The notes: generated from the sequence alone by a model not told the origin. A stretch of DNA of 64,000 bases from Nitrospina sp. LS_NOB (GCA_001542995.1 LFLA01000003.1:78195-142194); one strand, 5' to 3'; positions 28,620 to 38,145 are shown, numbered from the stretch's first letter. Made by a program: numbers and translations.

Positions 28620-30815
28620 TCAGTTTTTCTGAAGCAGGTTTTCCTGGATGTTTTGAAGAAGGCCTATATTCTGGGTGTGTCCTGATCTGTAGGCTTTGAC
28701 GTGCCCCCGTATGGGTTTTCCCAGTAAATAAAAATCCCCGAGTATATCCAGAATTTTATGTCGGGGGAACTCATCTTTAAAGCGGAGTTTGGTGTTCAAG
28801 ACTTTTTTGTCGCCAAGCAATATAAAGTTGTCAAGTTTGCCTCCAGACGCATAACCCATTTTGGTCAATTGCGCCACCTCTTCCATGAAGCCGAAGGTTC
28901 TTGCCGGGGCAATCTCCTTTTTAAAACTTTCACCTCCTTTGAACTCATATGTGTAGTCCTGAATGCCAATTGGTTCCGGATATTCCATGTGGTAACTGAC
29001 GCTAAAGTTATCGCTGGGTTCGATGGAAATATACGGCTCACCTTGCTCCTTGTTGCCAAAAGTGTAGCTTTTATCGATCACGATTTCTTCATAAAAACCA
29101 TCTTGGTCTTCGAACTCTCCATCTTCTATAAGGTCACAAAAATCTTTTGCGGAACCATCCATCACCGGTGCTTCATCGCCGATTTTAATGAGCAGGTTGG
29201 TGATCCGGTACATGTGAAGAGCCGCCATAATATGTTCAATGGTTCCGACCGAGACCCTGTCTTTACGTAAGCGGGTGGCATAATCTGTGGACTGGACATT
29301 TTCCAGCCGGGCGGGAATGGTTTTGCCGGTGGAAATATCCCCAAATATGATTCCGCTTCCCGGAGGCATGGGTTGCAGAATCAATCCTGTTTTAATACCC
29401 GAATGTAAACCGCTTCCGCATAACACCACACTGCGCTTGAGGGTGCGCTGTTGGTGGCGGTATCCACTATTGATTTTTTCTGGATCTGGTATTTCAATGG
29501 AATGGAGCACAATTTTTTCTTTAAGTTGTTTTTTTTCTGTGCTCAGAGATTTGCAGGTTTTTTTGATGTCCCAGTTGTTGCGCTTAAGGTGGTGAATAAT
29601 GAAATGCTTTTCCCAAATCAGTTCTGCTTCCTGAAGAGACCCGGCCTGATCAATATCGTTAATTTCTATTTTGGGTTGCCAGATTTCCGAAGGCAGATCC
29701 TGGGCAGTTATTTTTTTCTGGTTAGCGCCGATAAGAATCAATTTATTCAGCACAGATATCAACTCTTTCACATTTTCGGGCCAGGTATAACGGCATAGAG
29801 CGGCCAGGGCGTCCTCGCCTATTTCAGGGATGGAAGTTTTCTGTGTTTGCCGGATTTCATCCAGATAATCTTTTGCCATAGCGGGGATATTCACGGCATA
29901 GTTGCGCAAAGGCGGAACAAATAAAGTGGAGTCTTTGAACGCGTTCAGTAATGCAGGATGAAACTGGCCTTTTGCGGACAGGGCTGCCAAATCTTTAGTG
30001 GATGACGCAAAAATCCGGATGGGTATCAATCCTGAATGGGAGCCCGCCGATTGCGAACCGTTGGAGTGCAGGGCTTCCGCGAGTTTTTCCTGCAGGCCTT
30101 TGCTCAATGATTCAATATTGCTGAGATAGATTACTTTTTCCTCGCCAGCCTGGTTGGAAGCACGGGTATTTTTCCGGGGTCGCTTAAAAAGTTGGGAGTG
30201 AATGGCCCGTTCCTGGCGAAACGAGCAATTTATTTTAACGAAGGAACGGTCGCTTTTACTGCTCTGCCCATGGATGGCCTGGGCGATGAACTCTTTGCCG
30301 GTCCCATTCTCGCCACGCACTAAAACCGGTTTCATATGCCGCGAAAACTCTTTCACCGCCTTTTTCACTTCCACCATGGACTCAAAACAAAGAGGGAGTT
30401 CCCCTCTGGAGGAAGGCGTCAGTTTTTCCTCAGCCTTGAATTTCGAGCGTTTGTTGCCCAACACTTCTGCAATCGATTGGGTGATCCGGTCCAGGGAAAA
30501 AGGTTTTTCTATAAAGTCCTGAGCCCCGAGTTTGGTTGCCTTGACCGCCGTGTCAATGGTTCCGTGGCCGGACATAATCAGGACTTCAATTTCAGGGTGA
30601 TAAGATTTTACCGTTTTTAAAACTTCAATTCCGTCCATCCCCGGCAACCAGATATCCAGTAAAACCAGGTCGGGGGGGTCTGCTTGGATAATTTCCAATG
30701 CTTCAATGCCATCCCCTGTCTCGGCGACTTCATAACCTTCATCTGCGAGAATTCCGGTCAAGGAACTGACAATATTTTTTTCGTCATCGACGATGAGAAT
30801 ACGTGCTTTAGGCAA
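28620..30815 (-). CDS. lpxC: Fusion protein: receiver domain + degenerate NtrC-type AAA+ domain + Fis-like HTH remnant + UDP-3-O-acyl-GlcNAc deacetylase (LpxC)
   Basis: Continuous 731-aa ORF. REC has DD10-11, D54 and K104. Walker A GENGTGKE is kept but GAFTGA and Walker B are lost. The LpxC part runs from QRTLK (aa 456) and has E527/H528, T640, H686/K687/D690 and H713. Confidence 0.85.
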   Translation of the reverse strand: MPKARILIVDDEKNIVSSLTGILADEGYEVAETGDGIEALEIIQADPPDLVLLDIWLPGMDGIEVLKTVKSYHPEIEVLIMSGHGTIDTAVKATKLGAQDFIEKPFSLDRITQSIAEVLGNKRSKFKAEEKLTPSSRGELPLCFESMVEVKKAVKEFSRHMKPVLVRGENGTGKEFIAQAIHGQSSKSDRSFVKINCSFRQERAIHSQLFKRPRKNTRASNQAGEEKVIYLSNIESLSKGLQEKLAEALHSNGSQSAGSHSGLIPIRIFASSTKDLAALSAKGQFHPALLNAFKDSTLFVPPLRNYAVNIPAMAKDYLDEIRQTQKTSIPEIGEDALAALCRYTWPENVKELISVLNKLILIGANQKKITAQDLPSEIWQPKIEINDIDQAGSLQEAELIWEKHFIIHHLKRNNWDIKKTCKSLSTEKKQLKEKIVLHSIEIPDPEKINSGYRHQQRTLKRSVVLCGSGLHSGIKTGLILQPMPPGSGIIFGDISTGKTIPARLENVQSTDYATRLRKDRVSVGTIEHIMAALHMYRITNLLIKIGDEAPVMDGSAKDFCDLIEDGEFEDQDGFYEEIVIDKSYTFGNKEQGEPYISIEPSDNFSVSYHMEYPEPIGIQDYTYEFKGGESFKKEIAPARTFGFMEEVAQLTKMGYASGGKLDNFILLGDKKVLNTKLRFKDEFPRHKILDILGDFYLLGKPIRGHVKAYRSGHTQNIGLLQNIQENLLQKN

Positions 30816-30841
30816 AATGGTCGCCTTTCGTGATGCAGGTC

Positions 30842-31486
30842 TTAGGTCGCGGGTGTGGCAATGCCTAGCCGTGAATATTCGAGGTAATAAATTTTATGAC
30901 CCGCATTGATAAAGTTTTTTTCATATTTGGTTTTGGGCAAGTCTGTGCGGCTCTCAAGAAAGCCTGACCCATGGTCCTGATTTTGAAACTGGGGTTCAGA
31001 GTTAAAGTATTCCAGCATTTCAATGGCGTAGGGTTCGCTATCGGTCGCCAGGTAAACTTGCCCCTCGGGAGCTAATTTTTGCCCAATTAGTTTAACAAAA
31101 TCGGGCTTGATCAACCTTCTTTTAATATGCCTTTTTTTGGGCCAGGGATCGGGGAAGTTGATATATGCGGTTTCCAGCTCCCCATCCTTGAACAAGTGAG
31201 GAATCTTAAAACGCACATCTCCATAGGCCACCCGGATATTTTCCAACTGCAGTTTTTTTATCCGTGTCATTAATTTCCGAATTCCCTTATGGTAGAAATC
31301 CATGCCGATGAAATTGGTCCGGGGTTCCTGGGCGGCCATTTCAATAAGGAAATTTCCCATTCCAAAGCCGATCTCCAGTTTTAGTGGTTGACGGTTCCCG
31401 AATTGGGCTTGCCAATCGGGCCACTCGTCAATATCAAGGAAATAAGAATCTTCTTCTTCAATTTTAGCAAAAGATATAAGGGCCAT
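30842..31486 (-). CDS. trmB: tRNA (guanine-N7)-methyltransferase
   Basis: EIGFGMGNF is the SAM-binding motif, and FPDPWPKKRHIKRRL is the TrmB signature. Confidence 0.9.
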   Translation of the reverse strand: MALISFAKIEEEDSYFLDIDEWPDWQAQFGNRQPLKLEIGFGMGNFLIEMAAQEPRTNFIGMDFYHKGIRKLMTRIKKLQLENIRVAYGDVRFKIPHLFKDGELETAYINFPDPWPKKRHIKRRLIKPDFVKLIGQKLAPEGQVYLATDSEPYAIEMLEYFNSEPQFQNQDHGSGFLESRTDLPKTKYEKNFINAGHKIYYLEYSRLGIATPAT

Positions 31487-31977
31487 TAAGTAGATGCAGA
31501 GTCGCCGGGGTTGTCATGAATAGTGATCACTTCTAAAACTTCAAATTCCATTTTACCGTCAGGTAGTGAAACGCTGATTTCATCGCCTTTCTGTTTACCG
31601 ACCATGGCTCTTCCAACCGGTGAGGCGGTGGAAATTTTTCCCTCATCAGGGTTGACTTCCTCCGGGAAAACCAAATGGTACTGGGTCTCTTTACCGCTAT
31701 CCATATCTTTCAACTTCAAAGTGCTTCCAAGGCCGGAACGGTCTTTCGGAATCTGGTTGACGTTGATGGCCATGATGTCACTGATGCGTTTTTGCAAAAG
31801 GGAAATGCGGGATTCCAAAAACATCTGTCGTTCCTTCGCCGCTTTAAATTCCGCGTTTTCGCTCAGGTCTCCATGTTCCCGAGCTGTTAAAATGGCTTTG
31901 GGAATGTCCACCTGAAGTTCTCTTTGTGATACTTCTAAATCCTTATCCAACTTGTCCAAAATGGGAAGCCGCTTCAT
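31486..31977 (-). CDS. greA: Transcription elongation factor GreA family
   Basis: Coiled-coil tip GDLSENAEFKAAKE with a C-terminal globular domain (SPVGRAMVGKQKGDEI). It overlaps the trmB start by 1 nt. Confidence 0.85.
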   Translation of the reverse strand: MKRLPILDKLDKDLEVSQRELQVDIPKAILTAREHGDLSENAEFKAAKERQMFLESRISLLQKRISDIMAINVNQIPKDRSGLGSTLKLKDMDSGKETQYHLVFPEEVNPDEGKISTASPVGRAMVGKQKGDEISVSLPDGKMEFEVLEVITIHDNPGDSAST

Positions 31978-32444
31978 TGCGAATTCATCTCCATGATTTA
32001 AAAAATGGTTAAATTCGGTTTATTGCCCAGGCAAATGGAGGATGATGTCCATCGACCTGCATTTCTAAGAGCTAAAACCAGAAGTCATGCATGGCTAGGG
32101 TTGGATAATCTGTAACTCGAGGAAACCAGTTGAAAATTTCTAAGGGGTTTAAATGTTATGCCTTACACGTTCTCTAGTGTGCCATTGTAGGGGGTGAATC
32201 ACTACCGGGTCAACAAAAATTTGTGGTACATAAGTCCCGGCTGGGTCGAGCCCCCCCACCCCGCAAGAAGGCTATAAAGGCTTGATGAATAAGGGAATAA
32301 GTGGATAATGCTTGATATTGGTCAAATCAGGCAATTTAGCGTTGCGGGTTTATTGTGACGAGGGTTCCAAAAACAACTTGGATGTGGCTCCGTGAAAGAA
32401 AAACTCTTGAAATTGCTGGAAACCAAAGGTGACCTCCCTCCTTC

Positions 32445-33248
32445 ATGTCCGACATTCTCCTTAATTTTGGAAGCCGGATCAATAATCCCGAAACCGATAT
32501 TGAAGAAATATCGGACCTGATCCAAACGGAACCTGTCCTGTCAGGACGCTTGATCAAACTTTCCAATAGTGTGCTTTTTGGCGGTGGACGTGATGAGGTT
32601 CTGGACTTGAACTCAGCTATTATGCGGCTGGGACTCAAAATGGTTCTCGATTTGGCCTACACTCTTGAACTACCCAGCGCATTTAAAAAACCCAAGTCTT
32701 TCAGCCATATGGAACTCTGGAAACATTCTCTGGGCGTGGCTTATTTATCCAGAGCCCTTGTTTTGCATGCGGGAGGGAGTAAGGAAGAATTGGAGATCAG
32801 CTATCCCTCTGGTTTGATGCACGATGTGGGAATTCTGGTTTTCGATTATTTGAGCCCTGTTGAATATGAAAAATTTATAAAAAACATGGGTGACACAGAA
32901 AAAGGCTTGGATGAATTGGAGTTAGAGACCTTTGGCATTTCCCATCCTGAACTGGGAGCCCGGTTTGTTGAAAAATGGTGGCCCGTTTCAAAACAAGTTG
33001 TGTCGTCGCTCAGGAAGCACCACGGTCCCTTATCAGGCAGCATGAACTCTCCTGGAATTCCCCGATTCATAACTTGTGCCAACCAGATTGCCAATAACCA
33101 CGAGATTCGCAATGGGATTTCTCCCTATATTTCCCCAATGGGCACTAATTTAATGAAAATATTGAAACTAACCGATGAGAGCCTGGGTGGTTTTGTGGAA
33201 AACACCCGTGAAGGGGTGGCAGAGGCTGAGTCGATTCTGATGGGATAA
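32445..33248 (+). CDS. HDOD domain protein (N-terminus possibly displaced into another frame)
   Basis: EEISDLIQTEPVLSGRLIKLSNSVLFG...GLMHDVGILVF. A further 18 HDOD-like codons (VKEKLLKLLETKGDLPP) lie in frame 1 from GTG 32392. Confidence 0.8.
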   Translation: MSDILLNFGSRINNPETDIEEISDLIQTEPVLSGRLIKLSNSVLFGGGRDEVLDLNSAIMRLGLKMVLDLAYTLELPSAFKKPKSFSHMELWKHSLGVAYLSRALVLHAGGSKEELEISYPSGLMHDVGILVFDYLSPVEYEKFIKNMGDTEKGLDELELETFGISHPELGARFVEKWWPVSKQVVSSLRKHHGPLSGSMNSPGIPRFITCANQIANNHEIRNGISPYISPMGTNLMKILKLTDESLGGFVENTREGVAEAESILMG

Positions 33249-33350
33249 CGTTCAGATAAACAACTATTTAAATTTTAGTTGTGAATGCTATAATAGTCAG
33301 CTAACCCTAAAACTCTCAAAAAACCAATTATTTGGTTGATACTTAATTTT

Positions 33351-34352
33351 ATGGCAGAAAACTTGTTTAAAGTTAAATTCCATGGTGTTAGAGGGTCGAT
33401 TCCAAGTCCTCTGGTGAATGCAGAGGTCGAAGAGAAGTTGGTACGGGCTTTTCAGGAGGCCAAGCCTGAAAACCTGACCGATGAGGACTCTATTAAATCG
33501 TTCGTGCAGGGCTTGCCCCATGAAATCCGTGGTACGTTTGGTGGCAACTCTTCCTGTGTATCCATGCAAGTGGGTGACGAATGGTTGATCTTTGATGCCG
33601 GGTCCGGAATTCGGATGCTGGGGCAGGATCTGATGGCGACCGAGTTTGGCCGTGGACAGGGAAAGGCCAGCCTTTTCTTTTCACATACCCATTGGGATCA
33701 TATTCTGGGGATCCCATTTTTTGTCCCTTTCTACATCAATGGCAACAAGTTTACCGTTCATAGTCCGCTACCGGATATCAAGGAACGGCTGGAGGGCCAA
33801 CAAAAATTCGAATACTTTCCCATCCCCTTCAGCATTTATGCCTCGGACATAGATTTTGTCGTTCTGGAAAACAAGACCGAACAAAAAATCGGCGACTTGA
33901 CGGTCACTTGGAAATCGATGTATCACCCAGGTCAATGTTTTGCTTACCGGGTGGACTATAAAGGCAAGTCAGTCGTTTACGCCACCGATGTGGAATATAA
34001 AAAACTGGGTTCTTCAGATTTAAAACCTGCGGTTGAGTTTTTCCGCGATGCCGACTTGCTGATCTTTGATTCCATGTACACCTTCAGCGAAGGCCTCGAA
34101 AAAGAAGATTGGGGGCATAGCTCCACGTTCATTGGCGTTGATCTGGCCGTAGAAGCTAATGTGAAGCAGATCGCTTTCTTTCATCATGAACCCACCTACA
34201 GCGATTTCAAACTGATGGACATTTTCCGTCAGACAGAAAAATACCTCAAACTCGTCGCTCCCAAGAACGATCTAAAAATGTTCCTGTCCTACGAAGGCCT
34301 TTCGGTAGACCTCCTCACAGACTGCTCACTAAGCCGACATGGCGGATCCTGA
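33351..34352 (+). CDS. MBL-fold metallo-hydrolase
   Basis: FHGVRGSIPSP...SHTHWDHILGIPFF...FFHHEP. Its 3' end overlaps the next gene by 14 nt. Confidence 0.75.
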   Translation: MAENLFKVKFHGVRGSIPSPLVNAEVEEKLVRAFQEAKPENLTDEDSIKSFVQGLPHEIRGTFGGNSSCVSMQVGDEWLIFDAGSGIRMLGQDLMATEFGRGQGKASLFFSHTHWDHILGIPFFVPFYINGNKFTVHSPLPDIKERLEGQQKFEYFPIPFSIYASDIDFVVLENKTEQKIGDLTVTWKSMYHPGQCFAYRVDYKGKSVVYATDVEYKKLGSSDLKPAVEFFRDADLLIFDSMYTFSEGLEKEDWGHSSTFIGVDLAVEANVKQIAFFHHEPTYSDFKLMDIFRQTEKYLKLVAPKNDLKMFLSYEGLSVDLLTDCSLSRHGGS

Positions 34353-37300
34353 AAAGTTCAGGTTTTCCATTGACCGGGGTGGAACGTTTACAGATATTTA
34401 CGCCGAAACGCCTAAAGGCCCAAGAGTTCTTAAGCTCCTTTCAGAAAATCCGGACCATTATTCCGACGCGCCGCTTGAGGGCATTCAAAGAATCCTCCGT
34501 GAAGTGAAGGGAACCGGAGAGATCGACCCCGGTTGCATTGAGTGGGTTCGTATGGGGACCACTATTGCCACCAACGCGCTTCTGGAAAGAAAAGGTGCCC
34601 GTACCGCCCTCATCATCACAAAAGGATTTGGCGATTTACTGCGCATTGGAAAACAAAACCGGCCGCAGATTTTTGATCTGAAAATTACTAAGACCCAACC
34701 GCTTTATGAAACGGTGGTGGAAATTGATGAGCGTGTCCACCCGGTTCAGCAGCCTGCGAATTCTCAACAATCCGGGGTGGAAATTTTGCGATCCCCAAAT
34801 CGAGAAATCGTACGCCAACAACTTCAGGGATTGCGTGAGCAGGGCATTGAAAGCCTTGCCATTGCCCTTATGCATGCTTGTATTTTTCCAGATCACGAGC
34901 AATGGGTTGCTGAGGAAGCTGTAAAAATCGGGTTTCAAAATATTTCCCTTTCCAGTGTGGTCATGCCCAGGTCCAGGCTGGTGGACCGGGGCCACACCAC
35001 CTGCCTCGATGCTACCCTGAACCCGCATATCCAAAATTATTTGAAAAAATTTCGAGCCGGACTGGGTGAATGCGACCTGTTCCTCCTGCAATCAGATGGG
35101 GGACTTGTGGATGCCGACTCTTTTACCGGGAGCCGTGCCATTCTTTCCGGTCCGGCGGGCGGAGTGGTGGGCTATGCCCGGACAACGAAAAATGTGCCGG
35201 TGATTGGGTTTGATATGGGAGGCACCTCCACCGATGTGTCCAGGTTTGACGGCAACTATGAATGGCAGTTTGAAAGCGAGGCGCAAGGCATTCCCAACCT
35301 TGTCCCTCAATTAAACATCCACACCGTGGCGGCGGGAGGTGGCTCCAGATTGTTGTTTGAAAACGGCATGTTTCAGGTTGGCCCGTTGTCTTCGGGGGCT
35401 TGGCCTGGTCCCGCCTGTTATAGAAACGGAGGTCCACTCTCTCTGACCGATGCCAACCTGGTTTTAGGAAGGCTCGTTCCAGAACACTTTCCCAGTGTGT
35501 TTGGGAAAAATGAAGACCAGCCTTTATCGATCCTTGCGTCCAGGAAAGTTTTTGAGGAATTAATGGAGCGCATTCATTTCTTAACTGGCAAGAAACGATC
35601 AATGGAAGAAGTCGCCTATGGCTTTATAGAAGTTGCCAATGAAAACATGGCTCGGGCCATTCATGAAATCACTGCCTCACGGGGATACGATGCTCGCGAT
35701 CATGTCCTATCTTGCTTTGGAGGAGCTGGAGGCCAGCATGCCTGCGCCATCGCCCGGACTCTTGGCATCTCCCGGATTTTCATCAGCCGTTTTGCCGGGG
35801 TGCTCTCGGCTTATGGAATGGGACTGGCCGATATCACCGTTGATAAAGAGGAACCGGTAATCCACGAAACCCAGGCCGGGTTGGAGCAAAAGCTCCAGGC
35901 TCTGGCAGATAAAGCAGTCGCCGAGCTCAAGCAGAAAGGGAGTTTTTCCATCAACGTCCAACGCTATTTGAATATGCGTTATGAAGGTTCTGATACGACC
36001 TTGATGGTGAGGGAGTCGAACGAGGAAAACTTTGCGGAATCGTTCAGCAAAATGCACCAGCAGGAGTTTGGTTTTAATCCATCGAATCGTAAAATCCGGG
36101 TGGAGGCGATCCGGGTTCGGGCAGAAGGGAAATCCCCGCCACCTGTCCAAACGCCACTTGCCAGAAAACAGTCCCCACTGAATCCTATCATGCAAAAGGA
36201 TTGCTACTTCACCGAAGGCTGGCAGGAGACCCCCGTCTACGCTTTGGATTCGATCGGTGCGGGTCAGTCCCTGGAAGGCCCGGCGATTCTCATTCAGGAC
36301 ACTTCAACCATTCTGATAGGGCCTTCCTGTAAAGCTACCGTTACAAATTACGGCGATGTCGAAATAGAAGTGCAAACCCAGTCGGCACGTCCGGTTGGGA
36401 CGGAACTCGATGCGGTGCAATTGTCGCTGTTTGGGTCGCGGTTTATGTCCATTGCAGAGCAAATGGGCCGCGTCCTGCAACGCACCGCTGTTTCCACAAA
36501 CATTAAAGAACGATTGGATTTTTCCTGCGCCATCTTCGGTCCGGAGGGAGATCTCGTGGCCAACGCCCCGCACCAGCCGGTTCATCTTGGTTCGATGGGC
36601 GAAGCGGTGCGACATCAGATCAGGTTAAACGGTCCTCCGATTACCGAGGGCGAAGTCTGGGTCACCAACCATCCTGCGACAGGAGGAAGCCACCTGCCGG
36701 ATATCACGGTCATCACTCCGGTTGTGAAAGAAGGGAAGCTGATCTTCTTTGTCGCCAGCCGTGGCCACCACGCTGATATCGGTGGCAGTACCCCCGGCTC
36801 CATGCCGCCATTTTCCAGATCGCTGGATGAAGAGGGTGCCAGCATTAAAAGCTTCAAGCTGGTGGAGAACGGAGAGTTCCAGGAAAAAGGAATTACCGGG
36901 ATATTGACCAGGGCGGGAACCCGGGCTCTAGCCGATAACCTGTCGGACCTGAAAGCACAGGTGTCCGCCAACCAACAGGGCATTGCCCTGTTGAACGAAC
37001 TGGTTGAAGTGCATTCACTAAAAGTAGTGCAGGCTTATATGAAACATCTGCGCGACAACGCCGGGCAATCGGTGCGCGCTCTTCTAAAAAAGGTCGCCGG
37101 AAAAAAAGAAAAACACGTTCACCTGCAGGCGGAAGATTTTATGGATGAAGGAAGCCGCATTGCTTTAACCATTAATATTGACACCGTTGTCGGGTCGGCG
37201 TGCTTTGATTTCACCGGTACTTCAAAAGAACTGCCGAATAATTTAAACACCCCGTGCGCGGTGACGTTGTCCGCCATTCTCTATTGCCTGCGTTGTCTGA

Positions 37301-37977
37301 TCGATAGCGATATTCCTTTAAACCAGGGTTGTCTCGAACCGATTGAAGTGTTGATTCCACCGGATTGTTTTCTGGCGCCTTCCGACAATGCGGCAGTTGT
37401 GGCGGGTAATGTTCTGACCTCTCAACGCATCACCGATGTTATTTTTAAAGCTTTCAATGCTTGCGCCGCTTCACAAGGGTGCATGAATAACCTCACCTTT
37501 GGCAACGATCAGTTTGCCTACTACGAAACTATAGCAGGCGGCGCGGGCGCGGGACCGGGCTGGCACGGTCAGTCTGCCGTGCACACGCATATGACCAATA
37601 CCCGCATCACCGATCCGGAAGTGCTGGAACAACGTTATCCTGTTCTCCTGCGCGAGTTTTCTATCCGCAAAGGTTCGGGGGGAAGAGGAAAGTTCAACGG
37701 CGGTGATGGAGTGATCCGGGAAATCGAGTTTCTCGTTCCCTTAAAAGTGGCTGTTCTCTCAGAGCGCAGGGTCTACGCTCCTTACGGACTCGATGGTGGA
37801 GAACCGGGAGGGAAAGGTAAAAACCTGCTGATAAAGAGTGATGGCACCGCCCACGATGTAGGAGGCAAATGCCAACTTGATGTCCAACCCGGTGACCGAC
37901 TACGCATCCTCACCCCCGGCGGTGGAGGCGCTGGGCTCCAGCGTGACCGGCGAATCGCCGGTGGCAAATTGCAATAG
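34339..37977 (+). CDS. Fused hydantoinase A/B-type 5-oxoprolinase (ATP-hydrolysing)
   Basis: 1212 aa. N-terminal FSIDRGGTFTD and DMGGTSTDV (HyuA) are followed by a HyuB half (GGSHLPDITVITPV, FGNDQFAYYETIAGGAGAG). Confidence 0.9.
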   Translation: MADPEKFRFSIDRGGTFTDIYAETPKGPRVLKLLSENPDHYSDAPLEGIQRILREVKGTGEIDPGCIEWVRMGTTIATNALLERKGARTALIITKGFGDLLRIGKQNRPQIFDLKITKTQPLYETVVEIDERVHPVQQPANSQQSGVEILRSPNREIVRQQLQGLREQGIESLAIALMHACIFPDHEQWVAEEAVKIGFQNISLSSVVMPRSRLVDRGHTTCLDATLNPHIQNYLKKFRAGLGECDLFLLQSDGGLVDADSFTGSRAILSGPAGGVVGYARTTKNVPVIGFDMGGTSTDVSRFDGNYEWQFESEAQGIPNLVPQLNIHTVAAGGGSRLLFENGMFQVGPLSSGAWPGPACYRNGGPLSLTDANLVLGRLVPEHFPSVFGKNEDQPLSILASRKVFEELMERIHFLTGKKRSMEEVAYGFIEVANENMARAIHEITASRGYDARDHVLSCFGGAGGQHACAIARTLGISRIFISRFAGVLSAYGMGLADITVDKEEPVIHETQAGLEQKLQALADKAVAELKQKGSFSINVQRYLNMRYEGSDTTLMVRESNEENFAESFSKMHQQEFGFNPSNRKIRVEAIRVRAEGKSPPPVQTPLARKQSPLNPIMQKDCYFTEGWQETPVYALDSIGAGQSLEGPAILIQDTSTILIGPSCKATVTNYGDVEIEVQTQSARPVGTELDAVQLSLFGSRFMSIAEQMGRVLQRTAVSTNIKERLDFSCAIFGPEGDLVANAPHQPVHLGSMGEAVRHQIRLNGPPITEGEVWVTNHPATGGSHLPDITVITPVVKEGKLIFFVASRGHHADIGGSTPGSMPPFSRSLDEEGASIKSFKLVENGEFQEKGITGILTRAGTRALADNLSDLKAQVSANQQGIALLNELVEVHSLKVVQAYMKHLRDNAGQSVRALLKKVAGKKEKHVHLQAEDFMDEGSRIALTINIDTVVGSACFDFTGTSKELPNNLNTPCAVTLSAILYCLRCLIDSDIPLNQGCLEPIEVLIPPDCFLAPSDNAAVVAGNVLTSQRITDVIFKAFNACAASQGCMNNLTFGNDQFAYYETIAGGAGAGPGWHGQSAVHTHMTNTRITDPEVLEQRYPVLLREFSIRKGSGGRGKFNGGDGVIREIEFLVPLKVAVLSERRVYAPYGLDGGEPGGKGKNLLIKSDGTAHDVGGKCQLDVQPGDRLRILTPGGGGAGLQRDRRIAGGKLQ

Positions 37978-37999
37978 CTTAATTCGGCAAACAAAACTT

Positions 38000-38070
38000 G
38001 TCACCCTGAGGCTCTCGAAGGGTGAGAGAAGCATTTTAATATGGTGATCCTTCGACAAGCTCAGGATGAC
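38000..38070. repeat. 71-bp nested palindromic element downstream of the oxoprolinase gene
   Basis: Outer arms gtcaccctgag / ctcaggatgac and inner arms ctcgaaggg / ccttcgac. Confidence 0.6.
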
Positions 38071-38074
38071 GATT

Positions 38075-38145
38075 AATGGCTCATAAAGCCGAGACAACTT
38101 CTTGCTAGCCAGCAAAAGCTATTGCTAGGTGGCCCCGCGCCTAGC
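38075..38145. repeat. Dispersed mosaic repeat, copy R7
   Basis: aagccgagacaacttcttgctagccagcaaaagctattgctagg is followed by cgcctagcgg, which supplies the stop codon of the minus-strand gene ending at 38141. Confidence 0.5.

Noticed and set aside
29470-29530. Internal GTG (the V of IVLHSIE) as the start of a separate stand-alone lpxC
   Set aside because: No stop codon separates it from the upstream domains, and there is no SD-like sequence in front (cttaaagaaaaaattGTG). Internal initiation cannot be excluded, but the sequence gives no evidence for two genes.
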